DNA of 64,000 bases from Polyangiaceae bacterium (GTDB lineage: Bacteria > Myxococcota_A > Polyangia > Polyangiales > Polyangiaceae): contig CBDCTZ010000011.1 in the NCBI GenBank assembly GCA_965222375.1, forward strand, positions 480,001 through 544,000, written 5' to 3'. The notes beneath the pieces were generated by a model that worked only from the letters and a program-made list of their open reading frames with translations, did no database searches and was not told the DNA's origin. A program made the translations under genes and the position numbers. Below, piece after piece: positions 37,691-47,941 of the stretch (position 1 is its first letter; each line of letters begins with the position of its first letter).

Positions 37691-38386
37691 TCATTCGAGC
37701 GTCGACCAACTGAGCCCAAAGCCGTACTCCGTCGCGGCATCAGGCTGGTGCAGCCGGGCGGCACCGGCGGCTAGGGCGAGTCGATCGCTCAGCTCCCAAA
37801 TCACGCCCCAACGGCTACCCGTTGTCAGGATGTCGCCGGGATCCATGTACAGCTCGACGGCCGGGCGCAAGACCCAGGACGACGGCCCCTCGATCATCGC
37901 GAGCAATTCGGGCGCCACCGCACCCTCGGCGTCGCGCGAAGTTGCGCCATTCAGGTGCAGCGTCGCCCAGGACCACTCGCGTGATAGCGCAAGCGCGCTG
38001 CGCACCTCGCTGGCACTCGGCAGCTCCCAGCTGACCTCGAGTGCCGCGCCGAAACCCTCCGCACCCTGCAGCGAACCCGGCACGAGCAAGCGCTTCACCG
38101 CAATTGAACGACCAACGAAACGATGCGGCAAGGCAACCTCGCCCAGGGGCGATTGCTCGCCGCCGATCCCGACTTCCCAATTCCGCGATAGCCCCATCGC
38201 CAAGGCGAGGGGAGCCGCGCCGTCGACGCCGGATTCTGCGCTGGTCTCTCCTTCCACGTCGCCCGCGCCCACCACGTCGGCGCCTGTCGCCGCGAAGAAT
38301 TGTGCGGAGGTCACTGGGCTCCAACAAAGAGCCACAAAGGCGGACAGACCCCCCAATCCCAATCTCGCGGTTCGAGCCATTTTCAT
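37691..38386 (-). CDS. Hypothetical exported beta-strand-rich protein (putative outer-membrane)
   Basis: Signal peptide; RPAVE, YGFGLSW near the C-terminus. Confidence 0.55.
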   Translation of the reverse strand: MKMARTARLGLGGLSAFVALCWSPVTSAQFFAATGADVVGAGDVEGETSAESGVDGAAPLALAMGLSRNWEVGIGGEQSPLGEVALPHRFVGRSIAVKRLLVPGSLQGAEGFGAALEVSWELPSASEVRSALALSREWSWATLHLNGATSRDAEGAVAPELLAMIEGPSSWVLRPAVELYMDPGDILTTGSRWGVIWELSDRLALAAGAARLHQPDAATEYGFGLSWSTLE

Positions 38387-38444
38387 GCTTTACGACCGAG
38401 GTCCAGGCTCGGATCGGCGCAATCCGCTTCGGTTTAGCCGATCT

Positions 38445-38903
38445 TCAGGCTCTGCTTTGGCACCCCTCAACGACCGCTGAGGGGTGCGGTCCAGGCGGAC
38501 CCGTAAAAAAAATGATCTGCGGCATTGGTGCGTTGTTGGCGGTGAGTGCGTCGGCTGCGCAGGCCGCACCACCCAAGAAGAAGCCCCCGCAAAGGCTGCC
38601 TGCTTTGCAGAGCGGATACACGCCCGTGATGATCACGTCGTAGGTCCAGGCGTATCCCAGCTCGATGGGGTCGATGCGCATGTCGGGCCCGGTCGTTCCT
38701 CCAGTGCCGCCTCCCGCGCTGCCCCCGCCCGCGCCGCCCCCGGCACTGCCACCAAAGGCGCCAAAACCGCCCGCTGCTGCGCTGCCGCCACTTCCCGCGG
38801 CTCCACTAGGGCCCAGCCCGGCATCGTCCGAGCCTTCCCCGCACCCGCACAGGCCCACTGCCGCCAACGCGATTACCCAACAACTCGACTTCCGATCCAA
38901 CAT
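38445..38903 (-). pseudogene. Truncated Gly-rich lipoprotein fused to the antisense of another gene start
   Basis: LCGC lipobox, RIDPIELGYAWTYDV..PLC, then antisense of + strand MICGIGALLAVSASAAQAAPPKK (from 38512). Confidence 0.55.
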
Positions 38904-38922
38904 AGCTCGTTCTCCAAAACGG

Positions 38923-39590
38923 CTACTTCTCACACTCGGAATAGAGCGCAGGAAGCAGCCAGTGCCAGTTGGGATCTTCGATGCGCGGGTAATACATCAC
39001 GAACGAGTAACACATCTCGTCGGCCGTACCCGGCCCGAAGCCCACTCCGTATTCGTGCGGGTTCTGCCACGCACACTTCGTTTCGACGTACTCACCTGGG
39101 GTCAGTACGTGATCGATCTTCGTCCAGCTCTGATAGTCAAAGTCCCAGCTGTCGACGCTGCCCAGGTCGACGGAACCACTCGACGTCAACGCGCGTCGAA
39201 ATGCTCTGCCCAAGCCGGTGTATGTGTGGAAAGGCGCCAAACAGCTTGGTGGTCGCGCCGTTCGGCGGCGCCCGCACTTTGTAGCTGAGTTCCGTCTTAC
39301 CGTGCGCCGGGATCGTGAACTCGTGGGCGCCGAAAGCCATGATGTCGGCGTCGAAGCTGCGCAACTCGGTCGTTGTGCACAGCCCAAAGCCGCTCGCATC
39401 TGCTTGCGGTGCGTCGGTGGCGTTGACGTAATGCAGCTGCACCACGAAATGCGCGTCGGCATCGGCCCCAAAGCCTACGTCCTGGGGTAGTTCTAGAGAT
39501 CCGGCGTCGGGCGCCCAGCCGTACACTACTCGCCACGAGGCCATGCCCGCACTGCTCGAGCACTCTTGGGGCGTGGATGAAAAGGCCTCA
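38923..39590 (-). pseudogene. Copper type II ascorbate-dependent monooxygenase-like fragment (5'-truncated, frameshifted)
   Basis: YGWAP, VQLHY, FPHIH, WDFDYQ, TADEMCY..YYP split over two frames near 39180. Confidence 0.8.
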
Positions 39591-40020
39591 TGAATCCGCT
39601 CCCGGCGCGGCAAACAACAGTTCGAGAATTGGCGAAACGACGGTCAAGTAGTAGGTGCTGGCGCAGTCCTGCGCGACTAGCTTGCGGCCAAGCTCGCGAT
39701 AGAAACCGATCCGCTGAGCCATGGGCGCCGCTGAGGTGCTCGGCTCGTGGGGCGCATTGGACAGCTTGTCGTACCACCACGACACTTCCATCTTCAGGAT
39801 GCGATTGCCGCCGGCCCGAGCCGCCAAGATCCAGAATTCCTTCTCGAAGGCTCGGAAATCGGCGTCGCTCCTGGTGGCCTCATCGAAGGCAAGGCTCAGC
39901 GCGTGCAGTGCTTCGTGGTCTTGCTCCGAACCGCGGTTTCCAGACGGGAGCGCAAGAGCGCGCCCGCGAGCAACCGCGCTACCCACAGGCCGTCGAGCGG
40001 TCTGCGAGCGCCGCGGGCCA
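39588..40020 (-). pseudogene. 3' fragment of a probable GntR/FCD-domain regulator
   Basis: EFW..AARAGGNRIL motif; no HTH; abuts the HNH gene stop. Confidence 0.4.
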
Positions 40021-40021
40021 T

Positions 40022-41257
40022 CTAGACGGCCCCGCGCGGGCGGTCGGGACGGGGAACTACTTCCTTGGACGGACACAGCAACACGAGCGCTTCCCGTAGC
40101 AGCCCTTCGACTTCCGGCCGTGATTCACGTTGTCGAAGTGCTTTCAGTGCGTCATTGACTTGCTTGCGCTGGAATCCCGACGCAATCAAGGCTTGCGCGG
40201 CCTTCGAATACGCTTGCGCCTCTCGCTGCTTGCGCCGAATGTGTTCTTCGCCGAACTCACGCCGGGCGGCATCTTGGTTATGGGGCTTGCATAGCAAGCA
40301 AAGGTTCTCTGCAGTGGACGGACCGCCACGGGCATGCGGATCGACGTGTTCTAGAGTCACGTAGCGCCGCTCGCTGCAACGCCGCCCGCGTTCGTCTACG
40401 AAAGTGCACTGATGGTCGTCACGGTTCCAAACCTCCCGAACCGCGGAGACCGGCACATGCCGCGACCCCTCCTTCAGTGGCCTGCGCTTTCGCGGCTTTT
40501 CGCTCATTGCGCCCTGACGTCGCTTGGTCTCCTTCGCGATGAGCTCATCCAAAGCACGCTCAAATATCTCTCCCAGGTCTCCCGGCGCGACCGCGTGACT
40601 GAGTAAGTTCTGTGCGTGCTCGAGCTTCGCGTGAAGCTCCGCGCTGGCCGTGAACTCCACGCGATAGCTCTGCGCTGAGAGCGGCTGCACCCGGCTTCGC
40701 ACGCCGTCTGTTCGTCCAGAGGTGGCGCTATCTGCGGACGGAATGCCATCCACTCGCTGGCTCGTCACAGGAGGTGCACCCTTCTGAGAACCGCTTGCGC
40801 TGGTCCCAGGACCGGTGAAATCCGCTCCTAGCGGAGTGATGCTCGGCAGCACGTCCGACCTGGGAAACCATCGGGCAACCACTAGCTCGATTTCGCGCCG
40901 CGTCTTGCCTCGGGCTTCGGCGAGTAGCGGACCCGCATTGTCTTCTGTCAGGTGCCCCGAGAGCAGAAACAGCCCGGTCAGATGGATGGACCCGCTCGTC
41001 AATTCGTCGAGGGTCTGCGGCAGCTCCCGATACAGACGCGCCACGCGCATTCGCTTCCGGGCAGCGTCCTCCGAGTAGCCGAGCCGTTCAACGCAGAACG
41101 CGTACAGGGAGGAGCAGGCCTCACGGAGGTAGAGCCTTCGACGGTCGACTTCTGCCAGGCAGACGATGACTTCGGCTATCGCCCGACGCTCCCGGGAGCG
41201 GAGCTCCGGCAGCTGCGCAAGGAGTTGTTCGTTGCTGAGCGAAGCGAGGGTGTCCAT
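40022..41257 (-). CDS. HNH endonuclease with DUF222-like N-terminus and RuvA-C-like tail
   Basis: LAEVDRRRLY..ACSSL..FC..LGYSE; VWNRD..QCTF..GRRC..LEH..P.ARGG....NL.LLCKPHN; ALIASGF..LLREAL. Confidence 0.85.
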   Translation of the reverse strand: MDTLASLSNEQLLAQLPELRSRERRAIAEVIVCLAEVDRRRLYLREACSSLYAFCVERLGYSEDAARKRMRVARLYRELPQTLDELTSGSIHLTGLFLLSGHLTEDNAGPLLAEARGKTRREIELVVARWFPRSDVLPSITPLGADFTGPGTSASGSQKGAPPVTSQRVDGIPSADSATSGRTDGVRSRVQPLSAQSYRVEFTASAELHAKLEHAQNLLSHAVAPGDLGEIFERALDELIAKETKRRQGAMSEKPRKRRPLKEGSRHVPVSAVREVWNRDDHQCTFVDERGRRCSERRYVTLEHVDPHARGGPSTAENLCLLCKPHNQDAARREFGEEHIRRKQREAQAYSKAAQALIASGFQRKQVNDALKALRQRESRPEVEGLLREALVLLCPSKEVVPRPDRPRGAV

Positions 41258-41657
41258 GTCTCTTGCGTAACACGCGTATTTTTGGCGTCACCATCAGCGT
41301 GCAGTTCGCGTTTCAGCGGAGCGATCGCGAGCAAACTCGTTTTGAAACCGAAACAACATTAGGCACCGGTGTGACGCGCACACCGAACACTCAATCGGCG
41401 TGTCGTCGCAAACGTCGCGCGCGCGTCCTAAAATCCGTCAAGCACAAAAGTGTCGGCACGCGCAGAAAGTTGCGTTCGCAATTCACTCCACCTACTGATG
41501 AGCGCGGCGCCGGCGCTGCGGCGGAGCTGCGGACGTGGCGGGCCCCCCAAGGCCCGCCCGCAGCGGAGCCCCTTCCAGTCGGCTCCACGCCTGTCGCCGG
41601 CGCGAATCTCCGCAACTCCGCATCGCGGTCGCCGACAAGTTGTTCCCGCCCGGTGGG

Positions 41658-43111
41658 CTCATGATCATACACATCTCGTTGCGATGACGGATTGGGTGTG
41701 ATCTACCCTTTCGGATGAAGGCAACGGAGTGGTTTGACGGTCGGATATCCGGACAATTCGAGGGTGCGGAACTCGGGCGACGAGCGGCGCACGGAGCGGG
41801 TCAAGTGGCTGGCGGAGGGGTTGATGACGGCGCCTGGGGTTGGATTTCCGAAGCTGGCGAGGACGCCTTCGGAGTTGGAAGGGATCTATCGATTCTTTCG
41901 CAATGAGCATTTCGATGCCGAGGACGTGCTGGAACCACACATTGAAGCAACAATAGGACGTGTGCGTACGGCCGGCACGTGCCTGGTGGTGCACGACACG
42001 ACCGATGTGACCGTTGGTGGCTCGAGTGAGCGCGAAGGAATGGGGGTGACTTCCCCCGCGGGTCAGGGCTTCTTCGCGCACATTGCTCTGGCGGTCCTGC
42101 CCGGAGAAGAACGGCTCCACCTTGGTGTCCTGGGTTTGCGTCGTCATGTACGCCCGAAAGGCAGGGCTAGGAAAACGAAGCGCGCTCTCGCGAAAGATCC
42201 GCAGCGGGAGTCTCTGCGCTGGGTTGAGATGCTGGAGCAAGTGCACTCGGAGGTGGGTAGCGACGTAATCAATGTCATGGACCGTGAGGCCGACATCTTC
42301 GGTGTGCTTGCGAAGGCGCAGGAACTACATGCCCGTTACATTATCCGTGCGGCACAAAACCGGTCGACTGATGAGGTGGGCGTCTACTTGCGTGATGCGA
42401 TATCCGAACTCGAACCGCAGCTGCATCGGACGATCTTCGTTTCGAAACGAGGACAGGGTGTCCCTCCAAATGTGCGAAAAGTGCATCCTCCGCGCAGCGG
42501 ACGTCGTGTGGAGATAGTGATTGCAGCGACCTCCGTGACCTTCAAGCGACCGTATGGCAAGGAGGGACCAGAAAGCCTGGCGGTCAATGTCGTCAGGGTG
42601 TGGGAACCAGAGCCGCAAGCAGATGAGCCACCGATCGAGTGGATCCTTCTCACGACCGAGCCGATCGATACCGCCGACGCGCTAGCGGAAGTCGTCGACC
42701 ACTACCGCAGCCGTTGGGTGATCGAAGACTTCTTCAAGGCGCTTAAGCAAGGATGCAGCCTTGAGAAGCGACAACTCGAATCGTACGAAGCCATGAGCAA
42801 GGCGTTGGCTGTGTTTCTACCCATCGCGTGGACGATGCTGCTGATGCGGTCGCTGCCGCACGCTGCTCCCAACGAGCCAGCAACAATTGTACTGAGCGAG
42901 ACACAGCTACTGCTGCTGCATGCGAAACTGCAGCTCAAGGCTCGCCCCGAAACAGTGGAGGAGGCCCTCTACGCTGTTGCCCGCCTTGGCGGTCACTTGA
43001 GAAATAACGGCAGACCTGGCTGGCAAACCCTCGGGCGCGGCTTCGAGGAGTTGCTCATTGGCGAGTACTACTTTCGCCTCGGAGCCGCCGAAAAATGCGA
43101 TCAATCATGAG
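41658..43111 (+). mobile_element. IS4-family (IS50/Tn5-like) insertion sequence
   Basis: Imperfect terminal IRs CTCATGATCATACACATCT / AAATGCGATCAATCATGAG enclosing a transposase. Confidence 0.9.
41715..43110 (+). pseudogene. IS4 transposase with a +1 frameshift near codon 21
   Basis: FEGAELG|DERR split by an extra G at 41775-41777; HDTT, DREAD, Y..RW.IE.FFK.LK, LGG...PGW motifs. Confidence 0.8.
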
Positions 43112-43345
43112 CCCGCGGGGGTGGGCTCCGTACAGAATTTCGCGCAACTGAATCTTCATTAGGCCGACCACAGTGCCCACCCGCCCTGGGGCTTTGTTGT
43201 CCCAGAGTTGCCACGCCATGCTTCCCCCTATCAGCCGTCGGTACCAGTTTTCTTTCAACGTTTCAGTCACGAGGTGCCGACCATTCCAGGAGGCTCGCAA
43301 CGAAATCTGTGCGATGAGCCGCGGCGCCCGCTGCGCGGGCAGCGC

Positions 43346-44083
43346 TTACCAAACGTAAGGCAGCAGCCGGTAGCGAGTTTTGGAGCAGAACACGGCGTAG
43401 CCCTCCAGCTCCGCGCGCAGCATCTTGTCCTCGAAGGCAGTGCGGATGATGAGGGCGAGGGCCACGGCGGCTATCGGGATCCAGCACCACAGCGAACCCA
43501 ACAGCAGCGGCACGCCTGCGCTTCCCAAGATGGCGCTGGTGTAGCCGGGATGACGCACGATGCGGTAAGGACCGTCGCTGCACACTCGATGACCGCGATC
43601 CCGCTGCAGCCGTACCGTCGGCTCGAAGAATCGGTTGACCGCCAGAGCCCAGGTCACACCGCTGGCGCCAATAAGGATCAGAACGATGCCGGCGATGAGC
43701 GCGCCCGTCGAGCCATGGCTCCAACCAGCCCCGCCGACGTCGAAGCCAGCAACAATCGGGATGGCAAACATCGCCGGAATGAAGACGCTGAAGAACGCGC
43801 GGTCCGGCTTGCTGATAGATCGGCGCGTGCCACGGGCGTTGAGTACTGCCGGATTCACACGCATCAAGACCAGCGCCCCCACGGATTTGATCGCCAGCGT
43901 CAGTCCCGCATATAGCCAAGCGTTGGCCCAGCCCAGTGTCCGTGCCGCGCCCAGCGCCAACACGAGCACGATGAGCGCCCCGACATGCTCGCGGACGACG
44001 TAGCGTTTGCCAGCGTCCGTGAGGGGCTCCACCTCGGGTTCGAGGTGACCATCCATCGAGTTGTGAGGCACATACTGAGTCAC
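43346..44083 (-). CDS. Isoprenylcysteine carboxylmethyltransferase/PEMT-family membrane protein
   Basis: NRFF...VRLQ, GPYRIVRHPGY, RT..ED..L, RYRLLP. Confidence 0.9.
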   Translation of the reverse strand: MTQYVPHNSMDGHLEPEVEPLTDAGKRYVVREHVGALIVLVLALGAARTLGWANAWLYAGLTLAIKSVGALVLMRVNPAVLNARGTRRSISKPDRAFFSVFIPAMFAIPIVAGFDVGGAGWSHGSTGALIAGIVLILIGASGVTWALAVNRFFEPTVRLQRDRGHRVCSDGPYRIVRHPGYTSAILGSAGVPLLLGSLWCWIPIAAVALALIIRTAFEDKMLRAELEGYAVFCSKTRYRLLPYVW

Positions 44084-44248
44084 GGTGCTGGGTAGCGGTG
44101 CAAAAAGCGCACCCCGCTCGACGCCTCAATTTTCCGAGTTTTCGCCGGCGCCAAAGCTTGACCCCGCGCGATGTTTGCGCCGGCGCTCCGAGCTTGCGTC
44201 AATTCTTCTTCTGCTTTGCGCGCATGTGCGTCGCGACTCACCGACGAA

Positions 44249-45373
44249 TCACAAGCATGCCCAGCCGTCGTTGCAACCGTAGGTACAACCCGCAGGTCCG
44301 CAGCAATAGCTCCCGGTGCACGCCTTGCCGGTTGCGGAACAGGTCCCGGGGTTCGGGTCGTCGGGTTGGCAGGACGTGCCCGTTTCACACTCGTCCTTGG
44401 ACCAAGCCACGTCGCACTTGCCGCCCTTCTTCGCGACGCAGGTCTTTTTGCTGAGGTCGCATGTGACTGGGATCGGTTTGCCGAGGCTGGACTTGGGTTG
44501 GGCACACTGCGCGGTCGACGTACACGGGTCACCGAGGTCTACGCCGTCGTCGCACTTGCCCGCCGTGCACTGCGGATACTGAGGACCGCAGTCGCCGGCG
44601 TCGTGGCACGGATCCCCAAACCACCCCGAGCTGCACTTGCCGTACACGCAATAGGGATCTTGTGCGCCGCAATGCGTGTCTTGCTCACAATTCGATCCAC
44701 TTTGCCCCGAACTGCACTTGCCCCCGATGCACGAGCTACCCTTGCAGTGTGTCGGCTCCTGACACGGTGACCCTTCCGTTCCGTCCTGACACGAGCCGAA
44801 CGCACAGATCCCAGTGCCGCAATCCGCCGCGATGTTGCACGCAGCTCCCTTGCTTCCACTACTGCAGGTCCCACTCACGCAGTACCCGCTGTTGCAGTCA
44901 CTGGCCAGTTCGCACAGTCCGCCGTCTTGCCCAGTGATGGGCATGCAAATCCCCGTGTCTTTGGCGCAAGCCAAGCGCTGCCCGGTCGGCGCCGGCGCGC
45001 AGCCCACGGTGCTGTCGCAGCTGGCTCCAGGCAAGCTGCGGCACAGCTTCTGCTGCGCGTTGCAGGACCCACTGACACAATGCAGATCGTGCTCGCACTC
45101 TGCGCGATCCAAGCGTGAACGCTCGACGTAGCAGGTCGGCTGCTTGCGCCCATCGAAGGCGGCGCAAAATAAGCTCGCCCCGCAGGCGTCCGGACCGTGG
45201 CTGGGGCAGCAGGGCATACTCACTCCCACCGACTTCGGGAAACTTTCGCAACCCAACGAGTGCGTGCCCGCGCTGGAGCCGCCCGCGCCCGCCGCGCCAC
45301 CACTCTGCCCGCCGGATCCCGAGCACGCGCCTAGGCCTAGCAGGACGAAAACGAGGACAAACCCGCGCCGCAT
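44249..45373 (-). CDS. Cys-rich repeat lipoprotein
   Basis: Lipobox LGAC; repeated G..C....DC.SG.C..G.C units. Confidence 0.8.
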   Translation of the reverse strand: MRRGFVLVFVLLGLGACSGSGGQSGGAAGAGGSSAGTHSLGCESFPKSVGVSMPCCPSHGPDACGASLFCAAFDGRKQPTCYVERSRLDRAECEHDLHCVSGSCNAQQKLCRSLPGASCDSTVGCAPAPTGQRLACAKDTGICMPITGQDGGLCELASDCNSGYCVSGTCSSGSKGAACNIAADCGTGICAFGSCQDGTEGSPCQEPTHCKGSSCIGGKCSSGQSGSNCEQDTHCGAQDPYCVYGKCSSGWFGDPCHDAGDCGPQYPQCTAGKCDDGVDLGDPCTSTAQCAQPKSSLGKPIPVTCDLSKKTCVAKKGGKCDVAWSKDECETGTSCQPDDPNPGTCSATGKACTGSYCCGPAGCTYGCNDGWACL

Positions 45374-45635
45374 GCGCTGTTGAGCCGGCTCCGCGGCTTC
45401 AGTCGCAAGGAAAACGCCTTTTTTGGCGAACTGTCTCGTCGATCGGTTTGGGGTCGCTTCACTGCGCGGCAGCGGGGCACGACTCTCGAGCTTTCGCCCG
45501 CGGTGCGCTGGTAGCAGGAAGGGTAGCGTTGGGCGTGTGGGGCAGCGCCCAAGCGGGGACGATGGCGGGAGTCGTGAAGCAGCGCGGGCCAGCGCCGCGA
45601 CCCCAACCAAACCTCAGAAAAACGCTTTCGAGCCG

Positions 45636-45752
45636 TCAGATACGTTGCTTCAGATCGCGCCTGTGATCCTTGTATGCGAGCAACACTGCGATCACGACAG
45701 CTGGCACCGCAGTCGCGACGACAGCGATCGCAAGATTCATCCAGCCTTCCAT
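45636..45752 (-). CDS. 38-aa single-TM small protein
   Basis: MEGWMNLAIAVVATAVPAVVIAVLLAYKDHRRDLKQRI*, purine-rich RBS and sigma54 promoter upstream. Confidence 0.55.
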   Translation of the reverse strand: MEGWMNLAIAVVATAVPAVVIAVLLAYKDHRRDLKQRI

Positions 45753-45790
45753 GTCAGACCCCCTTCCTCGGTCTCTTACCGAAGTTGGAG

Positions 45791-45806
45791 AGCACGCTGC
45801 GTGCCA
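45791..45806 (-). promoter_or_regulatory. Sigma54 -24/-12 promoter
   Basis: Minus strand TGGCACGCAGCGTGCT. Confidence 0.65.
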
Positions 45807-45894
45807 GAGCTCGGGTTCGGCGTCAGAACCCGCTGTTGTTCCGAGGTTTGCCGGGTTTGGACATCGTTTCGGGTAGGTGGGAGAGCGAAACGGG

Positions 45895-45911
45895 TGAGGA
45901 ATAGTTCCCCA
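45895..45911. promoter_or_regulatory. Candidate enhancer (bEBP binding) palindrome
   Basis: TGAGGAA-TAG-TTCCCCA about 90 bp upstream of the -24 box. Confidence 0.4.
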
Positions 45912-46133
45912 GTGGGACATTGCGCTCCGCTTGCGCTGATTGGCTGCGTTTTGGAACGTGGAATTGATCCAACGCAAGAGTGAACGAAGAAAAAACCACG
46001 GAGCCATGCGGGGCGAAACTCCCCGGGCGCTTCGCGAATGAGGTGGTACCCTAATGGACGAGGGCGTCCCGTCCCGGCACTCGGAGCGAGGCGCATTGGC
46101 AAAGTGGCCGTGAGGCCGAGAGCAGGGGACGTG

Positions 46134-47084
46134 ATGAAGGAGGCAGGGGGGCCCAATCCGGCGGCCTTCGGCATGGTGGGTGAATCGCCCGCGATGCAAG
46201 CGGTCTTCTCTACCATTGGCAAAGTTGCAGCGAGCCATGCGAGCGCGCTGATCATTGGCGAAAGCGGCGTCGGCAAAGAGCTCGTGGCGGCTGCAATCCA
46301 TCGAGAGAGCGTGCGGCGCGACGCTCCCTTCGTCCCAGTCAACTGCGGAGCCGTGCCGCCCGAACTCTTCGAAAGCGAACTCTTCGGTCACGCCAAGGGT
46401 GCGTTCACCGGCGCGAACGCTGACCATATCGGGTTCTTCCAAGCCGCAGACGGCGGAACCCTGCTGCTCGATGAAATCAGCGAGTTGACCCTCAAGCTTC
46501 AGGTCAAGTTGCTCCGTGTCGTGCAAGACAAGCAGGTGTACATGCTCGGCGACACCAAGCCGCGCTCTGTGGACGTGCGCATCATGGCGGCCACGAGCAA
46601 AGACCTTCGGGCCATGGTGGAGGCAGGTACCTTTCGCGAGGATTTGTTCTATCGAATCGGCGTGATCATCATCAATATTCCGCCACTGCGCGCACGAGGG
46701 AAGGATATCGATCTGCTGATCCGTCACTTCGCAGCTCGCTACTCTGCTGACCAGGGCAGGCCGCCCTTGCGATTTGTGCCCCAGGCCCTCGAGGCGTTGC
46801 ACAACTACGATTGGCCCGGAAACGTTCGCCAGCTGCAAAACGTGATGCAGCGGCTTGCGGTCATGGTTGAAGGCGGCGAAGTGCGCGTCATCGACCTGCC
46901 GCCACACATGCGTGGCCGCCCACCGCCTTCACACACGCCCTCCAGCGGTTTGCGTCAAGTCGAGCTCGCGCACATTCGTGCCGTGCTGGATAGCGTCGGC
47001 GGCAACAAGACCCAGGCGGCACGCATTCTCGGAATCGATCGCAAGACGCTGCGCAGTAAGCTCAAAGGGAGCGAACCCAAGTAG
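46134..47084 (+). CDS. Sigma54-dependent activator (AAA+ plus Fis HTH) lacking an N-terminal sensor domain
   Basis: [60 protein letters not shown]. Confidence 0.92.
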   Translation: MKEAGGPNPAAFGMVGESPAMQAVFSTIGKVAASHASALIIGESGVGKELVAAAIHRESVRRDAPFVPVNCGAVPPELFESELFGHAKGAFTGANADHIGFFQAADGGTLLLDEISELTLKLQVKLLRVVQDKQVYMLGDTKPRSVDVRIMAATSKDLRAMVEAGTFREDLFYRIGVIIINIPPLRARGKDIDLLIRHFAARYSADQGRPPLRFVPQALEALHNYDWPGNVRQLQNVMQRLAVMVEGGEVRVIDLPPHMRGRPPPSHTPSSGLRQVELAHIRAVLDSVGGNKTQAARILGIDRKTLRSKLKGSEPK

Positions 47085-47206
47085 CGACGACGACCCGTGA
47101 GGCCGCGGGGAGAAGTTCAGCGCAGATTCGGCGCAGGGTCCGCTGCGCTGGGGGCGTGGAAGGAAAGCCAGGGTGACAGCGCGCAGCATTGTGCAACGAT
47201 GGGGGC

Positions 47207-47803
47207 ATGAAGGGTTCCGCGGCATCGGCTTTGGTTCTGGCAGCGTCGGCTGCCCTCGCTTTGGCTTGCTCCTCAGACAGCACGGCGAGGCGTCCGCCCA
47301 AGGATGCAGGCAGCGACGCCAGTGGAGGTGCCGGTGGCGCAGGGGGCAGCGGAGGGACCGCGGGTACGAGCGGCAGCGGAGGGACGGCGGGGGCGAGTGG
47401 CAGCGGGGGGACCAGCGGCAGCGGGGGCAGCTCGGGCGCAAGCGGCGGAGCTGGGGGCGCGAGCGGCGGCAGCGCGGGCTCGGGCGGTGCGGCGGGTGCT
47501 GGTGGCGGCTCGGACGCAGGCGCTGTGTGTAGCGTGTTCAGCTTCGATACGGATCCTCCCAAGGCGGCTGGGTTCGAGGTGACCTACATGGATTCCACTC
47601 CTTATGTAGACATACGCCTCGACGTACAGTGCAGCGGGACAGCGAATGTTTCGCTGGTCACCGCAGGTTGCCCTGGCAATTGCGTGTGGGTGTTCAGCGT
47701 GACGGGGTGTGCGCCCGGCAACGCGACCATCGGGTTCTACAAGGACGCCAAGGAAGGCGGACCTGGAACCTTGGTGACGAGCTGCAACGTAGAGTTGAAA
47801 TAG
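47207..47803 (+). CDS. Gly-rich lipoprotein (paralog 1)
   Basis: Lipobox ALAC; ~95-aa beta domain ending EGGPG..VTSC.VELK. Confidence 0.8.
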   Translation: MKGSAASALVLAASAALALACSSDSTARRPPKDAGSDASGGAGGAGGSGGTAGTSGSGGTAGASGSGGTSGSGGSSGASGGAGGASGGSAGSGGAAGAGGGSDAGAVCSVFSFDTDPPKAAGFEVTYMDSTPYVDIRLDVQCSGTANVSLVTAGCPGNCVWVFSVTGCAPGNATIGFYKDAKEGGPGTLVTSCNVELK

Positions 47804-47941
47804 CGCCGGAGGTGCGCGGGACTCGATGTCCTGTCAGAGCTCGAGCACGCGCCCGACTTCTGGCGGGGCCTGCACGCCGTTCCACGGAAAACTGCGAAGG
47901 ATTCGTGACAACGCGAGCGGCCGTGTAAATATACGCGCCGG

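Noticed and set aside
22360..38386. Integron cassette array explaining the repeated modules
   Set aside because: No integrase and no attC-like RYYYAAC...GTTRRRY sites recognised
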